DNA of 64,000 bases from Dendrobates tinctorius (Eukaryota). Where the stretch lies: the NCBI RefSeq assembly GCF_039654945.1, contig NW_027361695.1, forward strand, positions 11,904,001-11,968,000, in the 5' to 3' direction. The translations under genes and the position numbers were made by a program. Below the pieces are notes generated by a model. That model ran no database searches. It was given only the letters and a program-made list of their open reading frames with translations, and was not told the origin of the DNA. Below, in pieces: positions 1 to 12,700 of this stretch. Numbering within the stretch: the first letter of the stretch is position 1; each line of letters opens with the position of its first letter.

Positions 1-280
1 GATACACACTGTATACACACTATATACAGAGACACACACTGTATACATAGAGATAGACACTATACACACTGTACATATAAACCCTGTACACACACTGTAT
101 ACATAGAGACACACTGTATACACACTATATACAGAGACACACACTGTATACATAGAGAGACACTATACACACTGTACATATACACCCTGTACACACACTG
201 TATACATAGAGAGACACACTGTACACACACTATATACATAGAGACACACTGTACATATACACCCTGTACACACACTGTAT
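1..280. repeat. Low-complexity minisatellite (CACACTGTATACATAGAGA-type units)
   Basis: Tandem degenerate units from the window start; explains ORF 60..275. Confidence 0.85.
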
Positions 281-790
281 ATGCCTCACACAGACGCCGC
301 CGCCTATGCCCCTGTACACACAGGTCACACTATGGCTGCCGCCGTCCTGCTCTCGGTGTATGGAGGACACAAACACGACACGAGCAGAGTGCGGACCTGT
401 GTGGCCCCGGGGCCCCGCTTTGAGCTCCCGGTTGTCCGGCACTCACCTGGGGGTCGGAGCCGCCTGTACTCTGGAGGTTGGGGGCGGGGGAGCCTATAGA
501 GCGCTGCGGGGCGGCGGGGCGGTGAGCGCGGCCTCCATGCTGCTCCCCGGCTGCTGCATTGTGGGAGTCTGACCTCACTACTCGCCGACATGGGAGCCGT
601 CACTGACGGTAAGTTGCGGCCCGCGCCTCCCTGCCCCCTCCCGCGGCACCGGGCCCTGCCGCCGCGGGTAGTAGCTGTGTACCTGCAGTCTCAAGCTAGG
701 CCTGAGAAGCAGCGGGCTCGCGTGGTGGAGTGGCCGGGATTCGAACGCTGCAGCCGGCAGGGAGGCATGCCCAGGCCGCGGCCTGTGTGG
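281..790 (+). promoter_or_regulatory. CpG-island promoter of THOC7
   Basis: GC/CpG-rich stretch around exon 1 with a GGGGCGGGG GC box at ~481; the flanks are CpG-poor. Confidence 0.7.
590..608 (+). CDS. THOC7: THOC7 exon 1 (MGAVTD)
   Basis: ATG at 590, donor G|gtaagt at 609. Confidence 0.93.
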
Positions 791-3700
791 ATGGAGCGGG
801 ACTGCTGTGATCCTCTGACTTCTGTACACTGCAGCTGCTCTCCGTCCTGTCACATATTGTGTGATCCTGTATGTGACTATAGATGTGTGGTGTGGTTTAG
901 GCCTGAATGTTACAGGTTAGATCTCTGCTGTCTGCAGTGAATGGAAACTGGTTTATGGTTTTTTCACCGGGTTTTAGACATAAAACACCTAGTGCCCCTC
1001 GTACGTTATAATGCCCTCACAGTGCCCCTGATACATTATAATGTTCTCACAGTGCCCCTCGTACGCTATAATGCCCTCACAGTGCCCCTCGTACGTTATA
1101 ATGCCCTCACAGTGCCCCTCGTACGTTATAATGCCCTCACAGTGCCCCTCGTACATTATAATGCCCTCACAGTGCCCCTCGTACGTTATAATGCCCTTAC
1201 AGTGCCCCTCGTACGTTATAATGCCCTCACAGTGCCCCTGATACATTATAGTGCCCTCACAGTGCCCCTCGTACGTTATAATGTTCTCACAGTGCCCCTC
1301 GTACATTATAATGCCCTCAGTGCCCCTCATACATTATAGTGCCTTCACAGTGCCCCTTGTACATTATAATGCCCTCAGTGCCCCTCGTACATTATAGTGC
1401 CCTCACAGTGCCCCTCGTACGTTATAATGGCCTCACAGTGCCCCTCGTACGTTATAATGTTCTCACAGTACCCCTCGTACATTATAATGCCCTCAGTGCC
1501 TGCCCCTCATACATTATAGTGCCCTCACAGTGCCCCTCGTACGTTATAATGGCCTCACAGTGCCCTCGTACGTTATAATGGTCTCACAGTGCCCCTCGTA
1601 CATTATAATGCCCTCAGTGCCCCTCATACATTATAGTGCCTTCACAGTGCCCCTTGTACATTATAATGCCCTCACAGTGCCCCTCGTACGTTATAATGCC
1701 TTCACAGTGCCCCTTGTACATTATAATGCCCTCACAGTGCCCCTCGTACGTTATAATGCCCTAAGTGCCCATCATACATTATAATGCCCTCACAGTGCCC
1801 CTCATACATTATAGTGCCCTCACAGTGCCCCTCGTACATTATAATGCCCTCAGTGCCCCTCATACATTATAGTGCCCTCACAGTGCCCCTCGTACGTTAT
1901 AATGGCCTCACAGTGCCCCTCGTACGTTATAATGTTCTCACAGTACCCCTCGTACATTATAATGCCCTCAGTGCCCCTCATACATTATAGTGCCCTCACA
2001 GTGCCCCTCGTACGTTATAATGGCCTCACAGTGCCCCTCGTACATTATAATGCCCTCAGTGCCCCTCATACATTATAGTGCCTTCACAGTGCCCCTTGTA
2101 CATTATAATGCCCTCACAGTGCCCCTCGTACGTTATAATGTTCTCACAGTACCCCTCGTACATTATAATGTTCTCACAGTGCCCCTCGTACGTTATAATG
2201 TTCTCTCAGTGCCCCTCATACATTATAGTGCCCTCACAGTGCCCCTTGTACATTATAATGCCCTCACAGTGCCCCTCGTACGTTATAATGCCCTCACAGT
2301 GCCCCTTGTACATTATAATGCCCTCACAGTGCCCCTCGTACGTTATAATGCCCTAAGTGCCCCTCGTACATTAGAATGCCCTCACAGTGCCCCTCATACA
2401 TTATAGTGCCCTCACAGTGCCCCTCGTACATTATAATGCCATCACAGTGCCCCTGCATGTACACAGGCGCAGAGCACATGATGCCAGTTCTGGGGAAACC
2501 TTTACGTAATGGAAGGATGCACTCATTTTTAGTCCCTGGCAGTCAGGACTGTGAGGCGGTGTTCATATACATCATGTACACAAGGAAGGATTTGTAAGGA
2601 TTTCTTAATTCATGGTGTGATTGTCTCTGGCAGATGAAGTTATCCGCAAGCGGCTTTTAATCGATGGTGACGGTGCTGGGGACGACCGAAGAATCAACCT
2701 ACTGGTGAAAAGTTTTATAAAGTGGTGCAACTCTGGATCGCAGGAAGATGGGTGAGAAGTTTAGGAGCTACTTCATAAAGAGACAGCTTAATTTTTTTTT
2801 TTTTTATGTTATCTCCGAAAATGAAAACATTTGGTATTTTATTGGAGGCATACACGGGGGGCTTAGGGTTCCCCATCACATGGCCATGGTATGACTGTCT
2901 GTGGCGCTCCAGCAGGTTGGGATTCTTGAGTCCTATATGTGCGGGTCTAGATTGGAGGACATTATAGCGATCGTGTCATACTCCTGCTCTTCCCTCTCAT
3001 CCCTCAGATACGCCCAGTACCAGCGCATGCTCAGCAGCCTGTCCCAGTGCTCCTTCTCCATGGGGAAAACTCTCCTGGTGCATGACATGAACCTGCGAGA
3101 AATGGAGAACTACGAGAAGATATACAGCGATATAGGTAAGAGGTAGCAGTGCACTAATGGCAGGCGGACTCTCTGCAGCCGTCACGTGGCATACATCTTT
3201 CTACGTTACTGGCCCACGGTTGATGCCGGTGTCATGGGTGGCTAGTGATTATCAGTCATGTGAATGAAGTATGCAGTCAATAAATTCTACCCTTTTCCCA
3301 GCTGTGTACAATCCCCTTTTAAACATTTGACGATCCTATACCATACATATACAACACATGGGTGCAAAGGGTGTATCGAAAAAGCCCTTCATACCTTATG
3401 ATGCCCCCACAGTGTTCCTCTTACATTATAATGGCCCCCACAGTCCCTCTCCTACATTATAATGGCCCCCACAGTCCCTCTCCTGCATTATGATGGCCCC
3501 ATAGTACCCTTTGTTCATTTCAATGCCCCCACAGTTCCCCTCGTACATTTTGATTCCCCCCACAGTGTCCCTTGCTCTTAACAATGCCCCCACAGTCTCC
3601 CTCCTACATTATGATGGCCCCACAGTCCCTCTTTCTCATTTCAATGTTCCCACAGTTCCCCTCCTACATTATGATGGCCCCCCCCTGTTCATTATAATGC

Positions 3701-6700
3701 CCCCATGGTCTTCCTCCTAGATTATGGTGGCCCCCACAGTCCCCCTTGTTCATTACAATGCTCCCAAAGACGCCCTTCTACACTATGATGGCCCCCACAG
3801 TCCCCAGGCGTGAAATACCAATGGGAATGGGTCACAATTTCAGCTGATAGTCCATCAAAGACCCCTTTCACCATCATCTTTGTACTCCTATGAAGCTACT
3901 GACTTTGCTTCATAGGAGATGGTCGTCTACTATATACTGTCATACCAAAGCATTGCAATAGTGTATAGAGTACTGGTACTCAAACGATCGCAGGGTTTTT
4001 TTTAATTATTATTTAACCCTTTTAGGAACTGTTGATTTTTTTTCCTTGCACTTTTTCTTTATCTTTTTGTTGTTTCAAGAGACATAACTTTTTTTTTTTT
4101 TTTACATTTTCATCCGGTTAGCCGGACTCGTTTATTGCAGGTCGAATTTTAGTTTTACCATGCGATGAAGTGAAAGGCAAGGAAAAAAATATCCATGTGG
4201 GGTGAAATAGTGAAAAAAAAACAATGGCAGACATTGTGTTATGAAAAAATGACCTGGCATCATGATTCATCATGTTTTGGTCTCCTGAGGGGCCTTGAAC
4301 CTGTGATTATTCGTCTGCTCATATTATATATTGCAATACACAGCACAGGTGGCACTTCGCTGAAGGCCTGAAATGGCATATATGGAGACCTCCATGGCGT
4401 CCCATTGGTCCCCCATGATCGTACCAGTGATGATAGTGGGATCGAAGAGCCAGTGAGCGATACCATCATTAGGCCATTTAAATACCGCAGTCGGTGACCA
4501 GAATTATTTTTGTTACTGCTATTTCACCCCACTTGGAATTTTTGTTCACATCTTCATGACATTTATAGGATAAGATGAACGGTGTCTTTCCAAAGTACAA
4601 CTCGTCCCGCTATAAACCGACCCTCATGTGGTTATGTAGAAGCAAAAAAAAGTTATGGCGTTTGGAAAAGGGGGGGAGGAAACTAAAACACAAAAATGAA
4701 AAATGTAACTTCATTTTAGTCAGTTGCCCATCCAGATTGCATCCCAGAAAGAGAAATCACCTTTAGGCCTCTTTCACACGTCAGTATCTCTGGTACTTGT
4801 GGTGACAGTTTCCACATGTGCCAGAGACACTTACACACATAGACCCTTTAAAATCTATGGGTCTGTGCACATGTCAGTGTGCTTCCGCAGACCGTGTGCA
4901 AAACACGTTGACATGTCCGATTTTTGCTGGCAGCACGGTCCGCAATATGTCCCACACTTGTGCAATATAGAGAGAGGTTGCCCACCTCATATATTTACTA
5001 ACCAGCAAAGGCTAAACAGTCAGCTGTGGACTTATCTTAATAGACTGGGATGGGGCCCTCCTCCCAGACTAAGAACATCAGCCCTCAGCTGCCCCAGAAA
5101 TGGCACATCCATTAGATGTGCCAATTTTGACGCTTAGCCTCTGCTCTTCCCGCTTGCCCTGGTGCGGTGTCAAGTGGGGTAGTAGTTGTAGGGTTGATGT
5201 CAGCTGTTTTATGTTCGCTGACATCAAGCCCAGGGGTTAGTAATAGTAACATAGTAACATAGTAATTAAGGTTGAAGGGAGACTTTAAGTCCATCTAGTT
5301 CAACCCATATCCTATCCTAACTTGCCCTAACATGGAGAGGTATCCATCAGTCACCCCCATTATTAACCTAGTCAAATTTAATAAAGACACACACAGAATA
5401 CAGTCCTTTAATTGAAATAAACACTTTCCAACCCTCTAACTCATTTATTAACCAAAAAATGAAAATAAAAAATCAAAGTAATCCTCACCTGTCTGCCGAT
5501 AATCCATTAATTCTCATGTCCCACGACGATCCGGATGGTTTGGTGAGCAGTGATATCAGTAATGTGACCGCTCATCACACCAGCCAAAACACACTGAACT
5601 GATCGTGAGAACACAACTGCCTATGATCAGCGGTGACGTCATTAAGGTCACCGCCAGTGACAGGCAGCGGTTATCACGCTCAGTGTGTTCCGGCTGGCGT
5701 GATGAGCGGTCGCATTACTGATGTCACTGCTCACCAAACCATCCGAATTGTCGTGGGACTTGAGCATTAATGGATTATCGCCAGAAAGGTGAGTATAACT
5801 TAGATTTTTTAATTTTTATTTTTTGGTTAATAAATGGGTAAGAGGTTATTGTAGTATTTATTTCAATTAAAGGACTTTACTATGTGTGTGTGTCTTTATT
5901 AAATTTGACTACGGGGTTAGTAATGGGGGTGTCTCATAGATACCTATCCATTACTAACCCCTGGGCTTGATGTCAGTGGACATTACACAGTTGACATGAA
6001 CCCCAAAAGTATTACCCCACTTGCCACAGCACCGGGGCAAGTGGGAATAGTGAGGTTAACGAAGTTGTCCACTACTTCGACAACTTCTTCTTATACTCCT
6101 CGATTTGCCCCGATAACAAAATAAAGCCTATACTCGCCTCTAGTGCTGGCGCCAGTTCCTGCGGTGTTGGCAGTCACTCTTACCGGGCCTCTCGTGTGGT
6201 GTTGTGGCACGTGACGCCAGTGCTGTAGTCACTGTCCCCACCTTTGGACAAATCGAACATGAAGACGAAATCAAAGATCAGCTACAGCCCAGACTTCCTC
6301 TTCATGTTCGATTTGTCCAAAGGCGGGGACAGTGACTACAGTGTTGATTGGGCGCTGGCGTCACATGTCACAACACCACACGAGAGTCCCGGGGAGAGTG
6401 GCTGCTGACATCACTGGAAGGATGCCGGCATTGGAGGTGAGTATAGGCTTTTTATGTATGATCAAGAAGGAGTTATCCTAGTAGTGGAAAAACCTTTTAT
6501 GCGTCAGAATTGGTCGCATCTAATGGATGCAACATTTTTTATGTGGCCGAGGGCTGATGTTCTTAGTCTGGGAGGGGGGCCAATATCCATGGCCCCTTCT
6601 AAGCCTATTAATATCAGACTGCAGCTGTCTTTTTAGCCTTTGCTTGTTATTAAAATTAGTGGGGACACCATAGCATTTTTTGGAAACGTGCCCCCTTTTT

Positions 6701-9700
6701 AATAAAAAGGAAAGGCTACGCCGACAGCTATGAGCTGCTATTAGTACTCTGGAAGCTTTATGGCTGTTGGCCCCTTCTCAAAATATTAACATCAGTCCCC
6801 AGCTGTCTGCTTTCCCTCAGCTGATTTGGAAAATTACGAGGGACCTCACATCAGTTTTCTAGTTTTCTTATTTATTTGTTTATTTAATTATTTAATATGC
6901 GCAATACACAGACTTCGGTACTCACTACAAGTCTCATCTCGGTCACCTAGTCACATCAGGGTCACCTAGTCTCGCTGCTCTCAGGAGACCAACCGACAAT
7001 GGTGAGAGCTGCATTCAGCACCCGGCGCATGGGAACAGCGCAAACTGTACTGCTATTCCCAGGTGCCAGTATGTGTCACACTGATGTGGCACAGGTATGT
7101 TACACACGGATAGCATCAGTACTGGTGTTTCCAGTGCTGGAAATATCAAGAAAGATTTGGTTCCATCCTCCGGCTGTAATGAAAGTGTCTGGTAGTTGTG
7201 TGGACTGAGATCGTGTTTACCAGCAAGATCAATGGTCTATATTGTCATACATGTGCTCCCTTCCACCACCTTGTGGTAGATGCCGCTTGCTACATTATTG
7301 TTTGCACAATTGCCTTATCACCAAGCCTTGTAGATATTGTGTCTTGTTTGTAAATGATGTATTGTTTCTCAAGGACAATGCGTTCTCCCTTTATTTCAGT
7401 TTTATCTAATTTATCTTTGCTTTTGAGAACTTAATATTATGTTTCTATTTTAGATGTGATCTCTTGTGCTTTTCTTTCACTTGCAGAGAGCAGCATCGCG
7501 GCTGCACATGAAAAGATTGCTGAGTGTAAGAAACAGATATTGCAAGCCAAACGTATCCGGAAAAATCGCCAAGGTACGATAAAGTACGCAGAGGTCCTGT
7601 GTGACTGGATTATCCGATCCTTCTGACATTTACCCTTCTATATGCAGGAGGAAGTCAGGCTATTTCTTTAAAGGCCCCTTTACATTTAGCGATGCACCAG
7701 CGATCCCGACCACAATATGACCCGGTCAGGATCGCTGGTGCATCGCTAAATGGTCGCTAGTGAGCTGCCAAACAGGCAGATCTCACCAGCGATGCAGCAG
7801 CGCTCGGCGGTTGCTCCTACCTTTCAGACGCGGCGAGGGTGTCCGTCTTCTGCCTGCGTCCATGGCTCGCTCGTCAGCGCCAGCAGGAAGCCAACGACGA
7901 GAAATGGACCAGGCCGATCTCGCGCGATCTGCGATAGCCAGCGGGGGAGCTGGTCGGAGGTAAGTATCACATGTAGCGATATTGCTAGCAATATCGCTGC
8001 TGCGTCACAAAATCGGTGACGCGTTAGCGATATTGTTAGCGATATCACTGTGTAAAGCCCCCTTAAGTCTACATTCCCAGTCCTTTATTACCCAAAAGAT
8101 AAGCACAGGCAACAAATTTTTATTACTGTGTGTAAGGGAAGAGGCAGACGGCCGTGTAAATCGAACAAGGATCTAAACACAATTAACAGACTGTCCTTCC
8201 GCTTTCTTGACCCGAGTATGACAGCTGCATAGAAATGCATACTGTCACACTCGGGTTGGGACAGTCCATCTGAGCATTGCGTTGTTAACTTTCTGTCAGT
8301 TATATGGCCATGTGACTGTTTCCTAAGACTGCATACTCAATAGTGATGAGTGAACCTGCTCAGATAAGATGTTATCCTCCCATGCTCGGGTGCTAACTGA
8401 GTGTCTTTGGCGTGCTTGAAAAATATGTTCGAGTCCCTGCGCCTGCATGTCTTGCGGCTGTTGGGCAATCCCTGCATGTGTTGCGGCTGTTGAACAGCCA
8501 TGGGGACTCAAACATATCATTCAAGCACATCGAAGACACTCGGTTAGCACACAAGCATGTTCGGATAGCACCTTTTTCGAGCACGTTCGCTCGTCAGTGA
8601 TGCTCATCTTGATCCAGGAATGTGTGTTAATGGGTTTGTCTTACCAGTAGATGTATATATGTACCGCCATCCTTAGGTTTATGTGTGTTGTAGCGCTACT
8701 TGAGATTTAGATATCCAAGTCCTAATGCTTTCCGATATGTGATTTATTTCAGAGTATGATGCATTGGCCAAAGTCATCCAGCATCACCCAGATCGACACG
8801 AGACGTTAAAGTACGTATTCAGCATCCATGCACAACTTGTCTCTCCTGTCTTGGTAACGTAAAGGGTTTGGCCACTTTTGCAATCTAATATCGCTCCGTT
8901 TGATAAATCTTACCCTTTTGTGCCTGCAGCTTCTGTAGTCTTGTGTTAGGGTACCGTTACACTTAGCGATGCACCAGCGATCCCGACAACGGTATGGATC
9001 GCTGGTGCATCGCTAAGTGGTCGCTAGTGAGCTGCCACACAGGCAGATCTCACCAACGACATCGCAGGGGTCGGGGGTTGCTACTTACCTGTCAGACGCG
9101 GCGATCCAGACGTCCTCCACGCGTCCCTCGTCGGCGCCACAGGAAGCGCCCGACGAGAAATGATCCAGGACCTTCTCGCGCGATCAGCGATGAGCAGCGG
9201 GGGAGCCGGTCGGAGGTAAGTATCACATGTAGCGATATCGCTAGCAATATCGCTATAACGTCACAAAATCGGTGATGTTACAGCGATATTGCTAGCGATA
9301 TCGCTATGTGTAACAGGGGCTTTAGTCTTCTGGACTTTTCTCCCTTGCCTTCAGAAAGTGAAAAAGTGACAAGTTTAACACATGAGTGCAGAAGATTCTA
9401 CACAAAGGGGTTGTAACTATGTAGACACATGTCTCTGCATTGGAGCTGTATATTCAAAATGGTACAATATATTGTTTATTTTCGCTTCAATGCATGTAGA
9501 ATATATTTAGTTGCATATGTGCATGTATCCTTTAAGTACATTTAACTAATGTTTGGCATTTTTAAGTAGTCATTTTGATGCCTTTTAATAAATACTTGTG
9601 TGTTACACTTTAGGCAGCTGGAAGCGTTGGACAAGGAGCTGAAGCAACTGTCTCACACCAAAGAGAGCGTGGAAGATAAGGTGAGATTTTGGACTTGAGG

Positions 9701-12700
9701 ATTGTCTTGAAAGGATTGTTTGCCTGAGAGCTTATTCACATGACCATATAGTGGGTGTAAGATCATAGAATGTTCGAGTTGGAAAGGACTTCCAGGGTCA
9801 TCATGTCCAACCCCCTGCTCAATGCAGGATTCATTAAACCATCTCAGACAGATGTCTGTCCAGCCTCTGTTTGAAGACTTCCATTAGAGGAGAACTCCCC
9901 ACCTCTCGTGGCAGCCTGTTACACTCATTACTCACCCTGTCAAAAAGTATTTTTCAAATCTGTATCTTCTCTCTTTCAGTTTCATTCCATTGCTTCTCGA
10001 GTTTCTATGCGTAAATGAGAATAAGGATGATCTCTCTACATTGTGACAGCCCTTCAGATATTTGTAGACATATTTTAAGTCTCCTCTTAACCTTCATTTT
10101 TGGAAACTAAACAATTCCAGATCCTTTACTCGTACCTCATAGGACATACATTGCAGTCCGCTCACCATCATAGTCAATCTTCTCTGAACTTGCTCCAGTT
10201 TTCAATATCTTTTTTAAAATGTGATGCCCAGAACTGGACACAGTATTTTAGATGAGGCCTGACCAAGGAGGAATAGAGGGGGATAATTACTTCACGTAAT
10301 TTAGACTCTATGCTTCTCTAAATTCATCCTAGAACTGTGTTGCCTTTTTAGCTGCTGCACCACACTGTTGACTCATGCACAGTCTGTGATCTAATAGTAC
10401 AACCAAGCCTTTTTCTCCTTCGCCTCATTGGGGGACACAGATACTGTGGGTGTATTCTTCTGCCGCTAGGAGGCTGACAGTAAGTGAAAAAAAGAGGCTA
10501 GCTCCTCCTCCGCCGTATACACCCTCGCCCCTATTGCGGGCGGAAATCAGTTTTTGCTTAGCGTCTGTCTTTTTTCTTTTTCCCCATGAAGATAAGACAG
10601 GGGCGACAGACCCTATTGAAAGGGTCCGATCTCCCCAAACCAACAACGGGCGAGCACGTGCGAGTGTCCCTCCACGTATCCTCTCCCGCAACGCAGATTT
10701 TTTTCCGGATGTTCCCTTTTTTCACATGAAGATGAGATAGGGGCGACAGATCCTATTGAAAGGGTCCGATCTCCCCAAACCAGCAACGGGCGAGCACGTG
10801 CGAGTTTCCCTCCACGTATCGTCTCCCGCAACGTGGGATATTGTCAGACCACGGAGGTGAGATACGGGCGACGGACCCTATTGAAAGGGTCCGATCTCCC
10901 CAAACCAAGAACGGGCGAGCACGTGCGAGAGTCCCTCCACGTATCCTCCCCGCACCGTGGGACATGATGCCGGACTTGGCCCTGTCCATCCGAGGGTATT
11001 GAAACTCCAGGCTGCACAGAGACACAAGCGTAGTCCGTGCGGCCCTCACTGCCCCACCAATACTAGGACTGCGGTGATGCAAGGCGGCGGACGGTCCCTC
11101 TCCTCACCCCTTGAAGGGGCTAGATGGAGCTAAGGTGCCTGCACCGTCCTTGTTTCATATGGCCCTCCTCCCCTCTACCTGACATGGACGGAGGTGGATG
11201 GCCAGGGAGGGCTCCTGCCGTGGCACAGGGCTGGAGCCCTTGGCCTCTCCTGGGTAGCAGCAGGGACGGGCGTCCAGCAGCGGCGGGTCCTGTCCCAGCC
11301 TTGATTCTGGAGTCCCGGCGGTTCCGCCCGCAACCCCCCCCCCCCCGGGCAGATAGTAAAAATCGAGGCCTCGGCTTCAGGCTAGGCCGCGGCTGGAAGT
11401 CCCCGCCCCCGGTGTCACGGCGGCCCCGCTCCCCATAGCCTGGGCGGACGCCGAAAAAATTTAGGCCCCGGCTTCAGGCCGAAACTAGGCCACAAACGGA
11501 AGTCCCCCCCCGGGGGCCTGCCCACAGTGCTGGCGCGCAGATAAAGCGACGCCTCGCATGCTGAAGACACAGGACAGGACTGGGGTAAGTCTCTCCTGTC
11601 GGTCCGTTTTTTTTTTTTCTTTCTTCTGCGGGCGCAGAGCGAAGTCTGCAAGTCCGAACACCCTCAGGAGCCCTCCCCTGCGACCGAGCCCCGGAATGGG
11701 CGTTATCACTGTCACAACCTATGGCGTCACTTACGAGAGGTTTTGAGTCCCTTCGGGCCCCAAATAGGGGCAGGGACAGTGGCTCGCCTGTCTTAGAGGG
11801 GTTCTCTACCTCACAGGAGCCTCCGGCCTGCAGGGGCCGCTCTCACTCCAGGCAGACCCGGGGGGGAAACGAACCCATACGGTGTCTCCTGGTGCATCGG
11901 CATCCGTGAGCTCTGCTTCTCGCTCCCCGTCACCAGTGGTTGATAGCGAGCAGACCTCAGATGGCGTCTCGGACGAGCCCTTGACCTGGACACTCCAGGG
12001 TCACGTGAAACAGTGGACAGCCTCATAGATGCCGTCAATCAGACCCTGGGGATTGAGGATGATCACGCAGTGGCTACGGGGCATAAAGTGGCATTTAAGC
12101 GAGTGAAGCGCCCGCACAGAATTTTTTCCTCTCACCCGGAGTTTGAGGACATAGTGCAGCGGCACAGAGAACGTCCAGACAGGCGTTTCTCGGGTCAAAA
12201 GGCACTCGAAACAAGGTATCCGTTTGCTCCGGACCTCCGTAAAAAATGGGTGGAATCCCCGATGGTGGATCCTCCGGTTTCGCGCCTAGCCACTAAGACC
12301 CTGCTATCCATCCCTAGTGTTTCCTCGATTAAGGATCCCACGGATCGCCTTATAGAGAGCTTAGCTCGCTCAGTATATGAGGCGTCAGGGTCTGCGCTTG
12401 CTCCCTCACTCGCAGCAACTTGGGTAGACAAGGCTATGATTTCATGCTCAGAAACATTAAACAAGGTCGCGCAGGAGCAGGATCTACCTGCAGAGATTTC
12501 GGAGGTCGCAGGTCAGATGGCGATGGCCGGAGACTATGTAATCAATGCGTCTTTGGATGCGTCCAGTTTCTCGGCACTTGCTACCGCCAATGCAATTTCT
12601 ATCAGAAGAGCCCTATGGTTAAGGACATGGCGAGCCGCTTCTACTTCTAAGAAGTCCTTGACTTCCCAGCCTTATCAGTGCGGCCGCCTATTTGGGGAGA

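Noticed and set aside
590-940. 116-aa ORF from the THOC7 ATG
   Set aside because: Read-through into intron 1 past the gtaagt donor at 609.
941-2597. Periodic ORFs / CRISPR-like array
   Set aside because: Head-to-tail 30-bp minisatellite with no unique spacers; eukaryotic intron, no cas genes.
10600-10952. Known self-cleaving ribozyme class
   Set aside because: No CUGAnGA/GAAA hammerhead core, no HDV nested pseudoknot and no twister UAA/GGUCCCAAGC pattern by eye; kept only as an unknown structured motif.
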